Shown piece by piece: positions 28,568-39,214 of a stretch of DNA of 64,000 bases. The notes under the pieces were generated by a model. The model ran no database searches and was not told the origin of the DNA. It saw only the letters and a list, made by a program, of their open reading frames with translations. The DNA is from Camelus dromedarius (lineage: Eukaryota), in NCBI RefSeq assembly GCF_036321535.1, contig NC_087437.1, positions 90,026,001-90,090,000 on the forward strand. The letters run 5' to 3'. The translations under genes were made by a program, and so were the position numbers. The stretch's first letter is position 1. Each line of letters starts with the position of its first letter.

Positions 28568-28693
28568 GCTTTTACTAGATACTAATATATATTGAAATGA
28601 TACTAAAATGATTGTATTTGTGACTGATACGCTTTTACTAGATACTAATATATATTGAAATGATACTAAAATGATTGTATTTGTGACTGATAC
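28568..28693. repeat. Perfect 63-bp tandem duplication
   Basis: 28568-28630 is identical to 28631-28693. Confidence 0.97.
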
Positions 28694-28936
28694 TAACATT
28701 GTTGGCAAAGACACATTTTAGTATATGCAATAAAAGAGCAGAACCAACATTAAACAGTTGATTTTGATTTTTTATTGGATAGAATTGTTTTGCCTGGGTA
28801 GCCTCAAGCTGTAACTAGTAACTTCCGTTCTAACCAACCTTCCCTCTAGGTCCTCCTTGATTGGTTAATATTTCCTTATTTATACAGATATTGAAATGTA
28901 CTTATTAGTCTAGTATCAGAATAAATAAGAACCCAC

Positions 28937-29176
28937 ATGCTACCAATTCTGGCTTTCCTGTTCTCTCCTATAAAATATCTTGCACTTTGATGATGACTTT
29001 ACTATCTGGCAAAATATAAGAATCTTCATTATTACTTCTTTTTATGTTTTCAGATATAATCCCTTGTTGACAGTAGCTCTTAATTCAAATATAATTTTCA
29101 ATAATGAAAATTATCTTCGCTAGATAAGTAAAAATAATACACACACAATTTTATTCTGAACGAAATGTCTCTTTAA
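28937..29176 (-). pseudogene. Transmembrane and juxtamembrane pseudo-exon ending in the kinase Gly-rich loop
   Basis: Acceptor ttgtttctag|, donor |gtgggt. Hydrophobic CVCIIFTYLAKIIFII, then NEDSYILPDSKVIIKVQDI(frameshift)IGENRKARIGS, resembling the RON/MET juxtamembrane-to-IGxG segment. Confidence 0.55.
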
Positions 29177-29453
29177 CTAGAAACAATCAATTTACAAGGA
29201 GAAAGGCCTTGCTTACTTGGATGTTAAGGGGAGGAAAAACAGACCCATAAAGTGTATCAAGACATTTTTAGTAAGTTAAATAAATTACTAGTGAATTTTA
29301 TTTTAATATTTGTTTCAAAAATGAGTATGTAGAGCACATTTTTAGTTCTTAAAATATATGATAATAAGGACTGGTTGTCTTCAAATTTGGTTCCTAAAAT
29401 CAGAATGCAATGAATGAATTAATTAAATGTTGAACTATGATTAAAAGAGTAAC

Positions 29454-29781
29454 CTTCTCCATTTTGGGATGCCTGGTATCTTTTATGGAAGATATTAATG
29501 GAGTAATGCAAATGAAACATTTGAGAGGCTAGAAGAATGGATGTGTGACCACAACTGGTATATTGCCAAGAAGAGATGAAGCAAAGGAGACATAATTAAG
29601 CTTTTCACACAATTTAAATAACTCTAAAATGTTTTGAAATAACTTCCAAAACTTCAAATGTTCTTTATGCCATATATGCTCACAGGATGTTAAACTATAT
29701 TTCTTGGTTGTTTTTATAGCTGTAATTTTATTGGAAAAATTATCAAGCAAATTAATTTCCCATAAAACAGAAGCTATAATT
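29454..29781 (-). pseudogene. Probable kringle-like domain 5 pseudo-exon
   Basis: Acceptor ttaactttaacttgtttccacag| after an 84-nt intron. Starts NYSFCFMGN (kringle-start C-x-x-GN); the rest (ORF 29529-29750) is only weakly similar. Donor uncertain. Confidence 0.4.
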
Positions 29782-29865
29782 CTGTGGAAACAAGTTAAAG
29801 TTAAGCCAAGTAAGCAACTCCCTTGACATTTTTACTATGCTTTTTTTTTCATTTTGACTTATTAC

Positions 29866-30151
29866 TTAAAATTTTCAAATCCAAACACAACTCTAACGTA
29901 TCCATTCCATACAGAATGACACAGGGTTCCATCTCAGCTCTCATATAACTACAGGCACGTTTGCTCTATAGTCCATACTTTTCACTGATCTAAGGCAAGA
30001 GTTTTCCATGTTTGCTTTGAAAATGAGCAAAGTATCACAACCATTGAACACATTTATCATCTGCACAAGGCAGTCTTCAAGTTTTAGGTTATATGGCACG
30101 ATATACGCTCTAATGTTCTGACTCAACGTGACAAACGGTGAATGGGGTATT
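29866..30151 (-). pseudogene. Kringle-like domain 4 pseudo-exon
   Basis: Strong acceptor ttcttcgatttttttcag|. One frame reads CHVESEH*SVYRAI*PKT...CVQW...KYGL*SKRACSYMRAEME; gaaccctg-tgtcat restores EPWCH with one inserted G. GL-x5-C-x8-PWC spacing matches tPA kringle 2. Confidence 0.65.
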
Positions 30152-30624
30152 CTGAAAAAAATCGAAGAAAAATTTTATATATTTTTTTAAATATTAAAAA
30201 CACTTTGAATAAAAATAAGTCTGTACCTGCCTAGATGTGGCCTAAGTTATTTTCAATTTTTTTCCCTGCAGGTATCTTCATTCAAGGATATCTGTGGTGT
30301 GTTATTTTTCTCTTAAAACTAAGAGTTGATATTTTTCCTTGGTAAAGACAAATCACATATTACTGATTTAAGAACTGTGGATAGCAATTATTCTTGCAAG
30401 GTATTTGTTGTGAAAACACGTCAGAAATGTTCAATTTTCTATGTTACATATCAGAAATAAGAGCAGGTCACTTAAACACAGCAGGCTTTTTATTAAGTAG
30501 AATATTGAGTGAAAGGAATACTGTGATTAATCAAATTTTCTTACTTTGAGTTAAAAACATTTAGAAAACTTTTTTATTCTTGATTTTTTTCTTAAAATGG
30601 TTCTTAGCACGTTTATTATAACTT

Positions 30625-30880
30625 GTGTAGCCAAACGCAGGGGAGTGAGAACTATGAAGTCAAAGGACTTGAGTTTAGGTTTTGAGCCTATGACCTTAGG
30701 TGTGTGACCCTGAATCTATAACCTTAGGCAAATAACCTAGTCCATATGAGTTTAGTTTCTGCCTGTGTGTAATAGGAATATCAATACCTATTAAAATGAT
30801 TTTTGTGTGAATTAAATAAGAAAATATAAGTAGAAGTAGCTTCTAAAAAGCAAAGAATTTTAAGAAGCTAAGGTATCATA
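30625..30880 (+). mobile_element. MIR SINE
   Basis: gaagtcaaaggacttgagttt...tgtgtgacc...aaaatgatttttgtgtgaattaaataaga. Confidence 0.7.
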
Positions 30881-31824
30881 AAATTTACTAATGGATATAA
30901 TCAACTCTATTAGGTGACCCAATCTTTCTAGTATTTTAGAATTATGATTCAGAATAAAATTGCATTATACAGGATTTCAGTGGTGAATATAAAAAGTATA
31001 TGGCAGTTATTTGATCATGTACTGACTCTAGGAAGACAGGGTTATTTTTGTACATAAAATCTACATATTAGTTTGGTTTGATATTGCTTGTTTCTTTCCT
31101 CTACATTTAGAATATATCCTCTTTAAAAAAAAAAAAAAAGGTAAGTTTTAGGGATTCATTATTTTACAGCTCCTTTTATCTAAATTACTAATGCTGATAT
31201 ATTACTTGATGTTATAGATCACAAAAATATTTAAACAATATAGTTTTAAAAGGAAATGTATGTTAAACTTGTGAATCTATTAAACTAGAAACTGTACTAT
31301 CCTTACTGTAAATTTAAAGACTACTATGCTATCAAGATCTGACTAAAGAGATACAATGTAACATAAATAAATGAATCCTTTCATTTGAGGAATTTTATTC
31401 TCCATTACTCTAATTATAAAAGAACAAGGTTAATTTTTTACTTGGCCATTTATAGTAAGATAGAATTTTATTTTATACTGCTATAAACACAGATGCCTTC
31501 AGTCTTCAATTTCAAGTTATAAAAATCATATAGGAAGTAATGTAAGATAAGGTTTGTATTTCTCTTTCTTAAAATGTTAGTATTAATTATTCTGAGATAA
31601 TACTAAAACTGAAGTCTTTCATTTGTTGAATAGATATGACCCTTGAGACATACCTTTATGAGATTCTCAACATAGTAGCCATGGATAGATGTAAATAAAT
31701 AGGCGCAATATTCTGAACAAATTTAATAGTGATGCATAGAAAAAAAATTTTTGTCATTAAATTAAGGTCCATTTTAATTATTTTTTACTCTATCTTTCAT
31801 GTGTGAGGGACAAACACATCTCAC

Positions 31825-32725
31825 CCTTGGTAATACTGAACAAAAGAAATAATAAAATCATCTACATCATCTCATAATCCTCAGAAAGGGCTGCATCAAA
31901 AATACACTAAAAGCGGACTACTAAGTATTTCAAAATTCCAGTCATGGCTACTACATGTAGTATGTTTGAAGATGTTTCAGTACCTGTCCTAAAGACATGC
32001 CAACTATATAATTTTAATATAAAATATTTAATATAAATAAAAATTGCCTTTACCTTGTTTTATTCCTTGTGAAATAAAAGTACTTTGATGGGAAAAACTA
32101 ATTTAACTTTTACCTGAATTTCTTTTCCTCATCTACCATCTATTCAAACATTTGAACAAGGGAAAAACTGAGAGGCCCTCAGCGTTAGTAGATTCAACCT
32201 TACCTTCACTACTGTGTGTGTAAGTTTTAACATCTTTAACAGAAGAAAGAAGGATTCTGCATCATAAAAATACAGCAAATCACATTTTTATTACTTGTAG
32301 ATAACTTTCTATAATTGTTCTATTACTGATGTATAAAGTTTTTTAAAATGTTTATATTGATGAGATTCTGGATAATACCTTCCTAAAATAAATGCAAATA
32401 AAGAAAACAGGTAAAATTAAAGAGATGCTCTATTCAGTGCAAAATGGGGTGTGCCATTTGGAGGGACAAAAGCAGCAAAATTTTACAGTAACTAAGAGAC
32501 TGATGGGAAATTACACCTTACCATTGATGATGGAAGAAAAGAATAAGGTGTCGTTTGTCAGATAGTTTTTGTTAGGCATTAAATGCCCCAGCTCCCCGAT
32601 AGGTTTTTCTTTTATTCATTCCCATAATGTGCACGGACTTGTTCAAACACAGCTCAGGCATGCTAGAAGGATCAGAGTATTTTGGGAAGCCCATCGTGGT
32701 GTTAGCATTGACTACTAACACTGTA
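31825..32725 (-). pseudogene. Kringle-like domain 3 over pseudo-exons 32522-32725, 32204-32256 and 31825-31988
   Basis: All three have AG acceptors and donors (gtaagg, gtaagg, gtgaga). Motifs: CL...KTYRG (~32594-32608); tgt taa aga tgt (degenerate CQRW); KHTTCSSHD at 31941-31967 (compare KHNYCRNPD), then *C for WC. Confidence 0.5.
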
Positions 32726-32967
32726 CTAAGAAGAAATTAAGGTAAGAGTTGGAGAAATGGAAAAAGATTGAGGCCAAAAGGTTTGGTATTTCAGAAGAGA
32801 TTTTCAGCTCTGTAAGTCAGTTACAGATCATTTCCTGGCCTCAAGGAAATTCATTCAATGAAGTAGATGGGGTGCTCCACTATGAATTTTTATTTTTAAC
32901 TAAAACTACTTATGTTCTATTTCCAAAGGAGTGGAAAAAAAACTTAAGGATAATATTTTGAACTTAC

Positions 32968-33252
32968 ATTCCTTTGGATTTGACACATATCACAGAAAAT
33001 CATGTTTGAGACTGGCATTTGTTAGTTTCTATTCTTTCAGGATTCAGTAAGCTACTTAGAATCAGACCTAGTTCCCTCTGCCTACTGAGAGTCTTCTACC
33101 ATAAAGTAACTTTAAAATATATGCATTCCAATTGGCCTCGCTATTGTACATATACATCTGAAGGATAATCAAACCTGCTGGAAATCTTTTTAATAGAACC
33201 TACTGGAAAACATTTGCTATTCTGTAGTCAACTAGTAGGATATAGTTTGATA
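32968..33252 (-). pseudogene. Kringle-like domain 2 pseudo-exon
   Basis: Donor AT|gtaagt; acceptor tract present but AG appears mutated to AA. Reads KCF...YPSDVYV..RGQLECI...LGL-x6-NPE...C...(frameshift)FCDM. 285 nt, close to the 286-nt exon at 29866-30151. Confidence 0.5.
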
Positions 33253-33770
33253 TTACAAAATAGAGAATGAGAAAAAAGAGCTTTTCCTCAATAACAGAAT
33301 TTTCCAACTATTTAAAACAAAAGTGGAAATAAAATTTACACTTTATCTAGTTAGGCATTTATGCCTAAACTAGATTAATTAACAATCTTTTTTTCCTAAG
33401 CTATTATAACACTTTTCAATGTGGAAATCAAACATACTTATGTATATAAGATTATAACAGACAATATAACTTTATGTAAGTATTCCATTATTGCTCAAAA
33501 AACTTTCCATTTCTTATTATTGCCCCCCTCCATAATTTCCTATAAAAATGCATACCTATGCAATGTAAATTACACAAACTATAAAAATTAAGATGGCATT
33601 CATTTTCACGATAATTCTTACAGATGAAAAGAATAATATTTTTGAGAAATGATTTTCTGAAGATAGCATTTAATGTCTAGATCATTTAAATAATTTGCAA
33701 TATAAAAAATTATAAATCATATGTTACACTGAGGAGCAAATGAGTTTTACTTTAAATGTGCCTAAGTTAC

Positions 33771-34414
33771 CTGCTGTGACCCTGATGTCACCATTTTCTA
33801 CTCTGCTATTCTGTTCCTAACTCAGCAGCAATAAATAAGAGCAAGTTTTGAAGGTCGTCATTAACTTTAAATATGAATTCTACTGAATGTAAAATACTGT
33901 TCCTGATGTTAGCAGAGCCTTTGAATTCTGAAACAGTACATTATGAGATTTTGTATTACCACATACTCATCATCTTTTTCCATAAACATCACAGAATTTC
34001 CAATGAATTACCCATAGGCACAGAGTTAAACATGCCTCCTGGGGTAAAACCTTTTATTTCTTCTTCTAAGAACTCTTAGAGAAGGGGAAAAAAAGTGAAT
34101 CAGAGAGCTTTTTAATTTATAGGTTTTATATAATGCAATAAATGGTTACTTTTCACATTAGTAAAATATAATTACGTTGACAAGAGGGTAGTTTATAAGT
34201 TTATAGGCAATTAATCCTGATTTTGCTGATGGCCAATTTGAATTCTAGCACCTCAATGAAATAGATGCCGCTGCTACACATAGCTGTTCAAATAACTGTG
34301 GGCTACCACACATGCAGGATGTTGATGCGTTTGATTTATTTCTATGGATGTGGTTCTTTTTCCAGTTATCAATCACCTGCTGGGGTTCTTTAAGGAATAA
34401 TTTGAAGCCAATGT
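33771..34414 (-). pseudogene. Kringle-like domain 1 split over two pseudo-exons (34157-34414 and 33771-34074)
   Basis: Both pieces have AG acceptors after pyrimidine tracts. First half: INQTHQHPAC and INYPLVNVIIFY* (register of plasminogen-type NYP-x7-YC). Second half: ACLT...HWKFCDV at 33985-34005 (kringle terminal W-x-Y/F-C-D-V); donor CAG|gtaact. Confidence 0.55.
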
Positions 34415-34619
34415 CTGAATAGGTGCAGCGAACCACGAAAGAAAGAAGTTAACAATGCTTTGGGCTTGGGCTGATTTTCAAACATGAATTTATATATAGT
34501 GGCAAGTCCAAAGGGTTATAGAGTCAGAATGTCTTTTCTTCAAGTGCATAGTAATTTATTCTCAAAATATGGGAAAATAGTTTTAATTTTTAAAATATGT
34601 GACACTTGGCAATTTGCAC

Positions 34620-34722
34620 AGCTGAATGTAAGTGACATGGGTACCTGATACGCCTGATTCCTTTTTGTGTTTCTATACCTGCGATGGTGCTCAACATAGA
34701 TTCTAAATATTTACTGGGTGTC
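34620..34722 (+). mobile_element. L2 3' end fragment
   Basis: gaatgtaag...catggg...tggtgctcaacatag...taaatatttactg. Confidence 0.45.
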
Positions 34723-35517
34723 AAGGCTTATCTTATTGTTAATTAGGAGCATAAACATACACATACGAATTATTAATCTTATATTGCATTTTGAAAAATG
34801 TAAATTATAATCTATATTATTCTGGATTGCTATACTGTTTTTAAAAAGATGTTACTTTTTTTCTTTTTATTCTTTAAGTGTTACTGTACTGATAAGGATC
34901 TGTGAGTACTCAAGTATATACAATCATTGCTATACTATATTGGCAAATTGCATGAAAGGCAACAAATGACTTTCTGTAAAATATGAGTCAAAAATATGAA
35001 GTCTGTCATATGACTGTATGACTGTGGGAGATGGATGACTGTTAGATTAAATTTGAGTCTCTAAAAATAGTTTCACAGAGTATCTATGAGGCCAATGAAG
35101 AATTAAGGATAAAGAATGTCAGAATAATTTATAGTAGTTGCATTTTTAATATCTGAAATTTAACTTGTCCTAATGCTGACAAGGTCAGTGATAGGAGGTA
35201 GAGATGTGTATGGTTTTAAGGTATTGTAGTGAGAAGCGGAAGTTTTATTTGACTACAAACGTGGAGGTTAAAAGGAAAGGTAGTTATTAGTCATATTATC
35301 AGACCCCCTAAAATAGAAAAATCTCATCAGCATGAATGTATCTGATGGCATTTCATAAATACAAATTAAAATAAAAAATATGGAAGGTTGTAGAATTTGA
35401 TTTGGTAAGAGGGTTGGTTTCTGGGAAAGGTTTCTGGGTGCTAGGAAAGGGGTGTTGACACTTTTCCTTTATCAAATACTTTCTGTTAAGGTTTATATAA
35501 TTCTAAGAAAAACATAC

Positions 35518-35756
35518 CATTAGTTTTACACATAAAGCAGAAGGCCTTCAACTTAGGGAAAGGGACGACACGGTTTAATACTGAGCATAAGAGGCACAAA
35601 CATCAAGAGAGCTTCAGTGCTAGAGTCAGTGCCTCCTTAGAAGCATGTTGAGATGGCACACTAATATCTAATAACCAATTTAAAGTACCTTGCTCAAACA
35701 CCTCCAGGAAAGCAGAACTTTGTAGCCTGGTTCTCTTTGTTAAAATAAAGTTGTAA
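35518..35756 (-). pseudogene. Pseudo-exon, possible second half of a MAM-like domain
   Basis: Acceptor ttttctctgtgcag|, donor AATG|gtatgt. Reads LQLYFNKENQAT...NWLLDISVP...C with a frameshift. Domain call weak. Confidence 0.35.
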
Positions 35757-36205
35757 CTGCACAGAGAAAATCTGTATCTTATATATACGTTGGATTTGCT
35801 TCCAAGCTACTACAGACCATTGGAGAAGAAACTCAGATATTTTCAGAGCAGACATTTTAATGGAAGAGGGAAGAAAAAACTCAGGATACTGAATTGTTCA
35901 AAACAAAAATAGTAGGACCTAACAATAAGGAAGTAGACAAATTTAGTAGCTCATTCTTAGGAAATTATATACCTTAGAATTTTTAAAAAGAGAAAAGGCC
36001 AAGAGATAATGGTAACTTTTCTTACCAAGTTACAGAATAGCAATTAGGGGAGATTTTTAAAGTAAAAATACCATTTGTGTAAATGTAAGAATACCATTCA
36101 TTTCGAACAGGGTATATTATTCCTTCTTCAGAGTTATTTAACATTACAGAAATTTCATTCTATTTTATATATATCAGAATATGACATTAGACATGGTCAT
36201 ATATA

Positions 36206-36883
36206 CATATCTTTCCTTGCTTACAATAAGGTTGTACTCTGATAAGCCCACTGTAAGTTTAAAATGTTGTAAGTAAAAAATGCATTTAATAATCTAATGT
36301 CTTGAAAATCATAACTTAGCCTAGCTTACCTTAAACACACTCAGAAAACTTATATTTGCTCACAGTTAGGCAAAATCATCTAACACAAAGCCTACTTTAT
36401 AATGAAGTGTTGAATATCTCATATAGTTAATTGAATACTGTACTGAAAATGAAAAACAGATTGGTTGTAAGTGTATTGGTTGTCCCACCTTGTGATTACA
36501 TAGCTAGCTGGAGCCATGGCTCAGCATCAAGAGAGAGTATTGTGCCAGTTATCACTAGTCCAGGAAAAGATAAAAATCCAAAGTAGAGTTTCCACTAAAT
36601 GTTTATCACTTTCATGCCATTGTAAAGTTGAAAAATCTTGTCAGTTTTCTATGTCTGAGTCTGTTTCTGTTTTGTAAATAAGTTCATTTGGGTAATTTAA
36701 TATAACACATATAAACGATACATGACGTTTTTCTTTTTCTTTCTGGCTTACTCAGACATAAGTAAGACTTAGTATGACGATTTTCAGGTCCATCCATGTT
36801 GCTGCAAATGGCATTATTTTATTCTTTTTTATGGCCGAGTACTATTCCATTGTACATGTGTATGTATGTATGTATGTATGTAT

Positions 36884-36914
<31 letters not shown>

Positions 36915-37168
36915 CTACAACTTCTTTATCCAATCATGTGACAATGGACATGTAGGTTGCTTCTGTATCTTGGCTACTGTAAATGCTGCTGCTATGAACA
37001 TTGGGGTTACTGGGGAAAAGAGGGTGGGGGGATAAATTGGGAGTTCAGGATTTGCAGATACTAACTACTATATACAAAACAGACAAACAACAAAGCCCTA
37101 CTGTATAGCACAGGGAACTATGTTCAATACCGTGTAATGGCCTATAAAGAAAAAGAGTATGAAAAGAA

Positions 37169-37213
<45 letters not shown>

Positions 37214-37349
37214 CATAACTGACTCACTATGCTGTACACCAGAAATTAACACAGCACTGTAAACTAACTATACTTCAATTTAAAAAGACCTATTTAAAGA
37301 AAAGAAAGAAAAATCTTAAGTTGAAACATTATAAGTTGGGGACCATCTA
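36206..37349 (+). mobile_element. MER47/Tigger5-family DNA transposon interrupted by an L1
   Basis: gataagcccactgtaagtt...cataacttagcctagcttaccttaaac...gggcaaaatcatctaacacaaagcct-like; resumes at 37318 with aagttgaaacattataagttggggaccatct. Confidence 0.85.
36640..37307 (+). mobile_element. LINE-1 3' end with 5' inversion (twin priming), cetartiodactyl-type 3' UTR
   Basis: 36640-37007 is antisense ORF2 end/3' UTR; 37005-37307 is sense 3' UTR plus A-rich tail. TSD gaaaaatctt at 36630-36639 and 37308-37317. Contains (TATG)n/(TA)n at 36858-36913 and (TA)n at 37170-37210. Confidence 0.9.
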
Positions 37350-37721
37350 TATAAAATATATACATTATACATACATAGTGTGTGCATATATATACATACT
37401 CACACAACTATATGCCAGTACTATGTATATACAAGTTGAGCATATTAAAATGTACATATGAAATCAGAATCAATTTATAATGTGTGTCTATGTCTGATGC
37501 ACTTAAAAATATGTATATCATTGATACATTATATGATCAACATGTGGGTAAAAAACTGTTTACACTATATGATCAACTTGGATAAAAAATTTGTTTCTTG
37601 GTATATATATGCACACATACATATACATATGAAAAAGCATACAAGAAATCATTATTTCTATATACTTATAAACTATATACAATTACATTTCACAAATTCA
37701 ATAAGTATATTTTAAATCTTA

Positions 37722-37895
37722 CTATGGGACTGTTTAATGAGTAGAGATTTTTTGTTTAGGGTGATGAAAAAGCTTTGGAAATAAATAGTGGTGATGGTTG
37801 CACATTATAAATGCATTTAAAGACTACATTTTACTCTTAAAATGGTTAAAGTGGCAAATTTTATATTATATACATTTTATCAAAATTGATAAAAC
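37722..37895 (+). mobile_element. Old L1M (L1MB-like) 3' end
   Basis: gggtgatgaaaaag..ttggaaata.atagtggtgatggttgcac...cttaaaatggttaaa. Confidence 0.8.
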
Positions 37896-38204
37896 ATAAA
37901 TATGAGTTTAAAAACATACTATGCTCTATCACCTTCAGGGCAAATCATGTTTAAGGGAATGCAGAAAGGGCAGTTTTGTAAGTGCTTGTTAGTGAAGACT
38001 GAGTGAATATGTTTGTGTTTAGATTCTAACAGGGAAGTCAAGGGAATGATGTAACAATTATAATTTCCTAAAATATTTATGTATCCGTAAAATACTTCTA
38101 AAAACTTGCTAGGACACACATAAGTTGTCTCAATATATCTTTAACATTATTTTCAAATAAAAATTAACTTTAAATATCAAAATTGAAAAATTGAATATTT
38201 CCAC

Positions 38205-39214
38205 TTGCATTACTGTTTCATCCAAAGTATGCATATTTTCTACATTAAAAGCTATAGAGTATAAGAATTGGAAATGTGCTCTCTAGTTTATAATGCCCCT
38301 TACATAATAATAGTCTCATGAGTGTTAATCCAAGATGGGATCCTTCCTTTTATTATGAACCATCAACAAAAATGCGCTAAATTCTCTTTGAAAAATATCA
38401 AGCTAAACCTCACACACAACTTGTTTAAACAGATCTATAATATATAAATACCTCACAGCTGTAGGTTGCCTTACTCTAGGCACATGTCCAGTACAGTAAT
38501 ATGCTTTTCAAATATAAAATTACTCATTGCAATCAAGGGGAGAAGGTCAAGGAGACTGCTAAGTAGAGCAAGGCCTTTAAGATTGACTTAAACTAAGAAA
38601 TGGTTTTAATTGTTCCACTATTTTTGGAAGTCTCTGAAAAATTCCCCAAAACTATTATGGAATATTCAGACCTCCCAGAAATATGACTGTAACCAAAATA
38701 AACCCAAGATGTTTCGTTAAACTTAGACTTGAAACTCTTAACTAATTGACTTCCGTTTTTCTCTTCAGGAGAAAGGTAGGTTATTGTGCTTTCTTCTGAG
38801 TAGTGGGGATGCCACAGAGAATTTCCCATATCCACAGAGAAGAGTTACAAACTCAGTAAATCAGCATAGAGAATATTAACTGTGCACTAAGAATAAAAGA
38901 AATATTTTGAATTTCAATAAACATTTACAAAAATGAAGTCTTTTCTTCTAATATGTATTCGAGTAAGTCAAATCATCTTGTACACTTTCCCCTTTTACAT
39001 CTGTAACACACGAAATTGCCCAGCAGGAAGGAGAACAGCACACATAGTTCCACTGATCTGTGTTTATTGTTTTGCATTTTCAATTCTTTCTGACTTCTTT
39101 TGAGGTACAACTTTCTACCCAACGCACAAAGAACACTAATAACATCAATAGAGTGTTCATCAGGGTATTTATATTTTAAGAGTAGGAAAGAAAAAAATAA
39201 GTTCTTTTGAATAC
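38205..39214 (-). pseudogene. Pseudo-exon: ATG, signal peptide, Cys-rich segment and MAM-like region
   Basis: Acceptor ctttcttctttcag| at 39215. ATG at 39160 begins MNTLLMLLVFFVRWVES-C. Downstream SLC*FTEFVTLLCGY and ORF 38593-38835 (SQLVKS...WVYFGYSHISG...IIVLG) loosely follow MAM spacing. Donor position uncertain. Confidence 0.5.

Larger units (their letters stand above)
23300..39214 (-). pseudogene. Putative unitary (intron-containing) pseudogene of a receptor tyrosine kinase: signal peptide, MAM-like, ~5 kringle-like, TM, MET/RON-like kinase
   Basis: About 17 collinear minus-strand exon remnants, most with polypyrimidine-AG acceptors and GT donors. Motifs read through lesions: MNTLLMLLVFFVRWVESC, HWKFCDV, KTYRG, GL*SKRAC-x8-P(W)CH, G-N-F-GVIYEGTLL...VA(I)K, IKHLDFLTAIR, FV-x-RD...AT|gtaagt, FGL. 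Many stops and frameshifts. 3' end approximate. Confidence 0.75.

Noticed and set aside
34100..34480. First read as a conserved enhancer
   Set aside because: Has a minus-strand acceptor and kringle-register motifs, so reassigned as a pseudo-exon.
34672..34730. Minus-strand TPSKY...HHRR|gtatag as a kringle NYCR half-exon
   Set aside because: Better explained as an L2 3' end on the plus strand.
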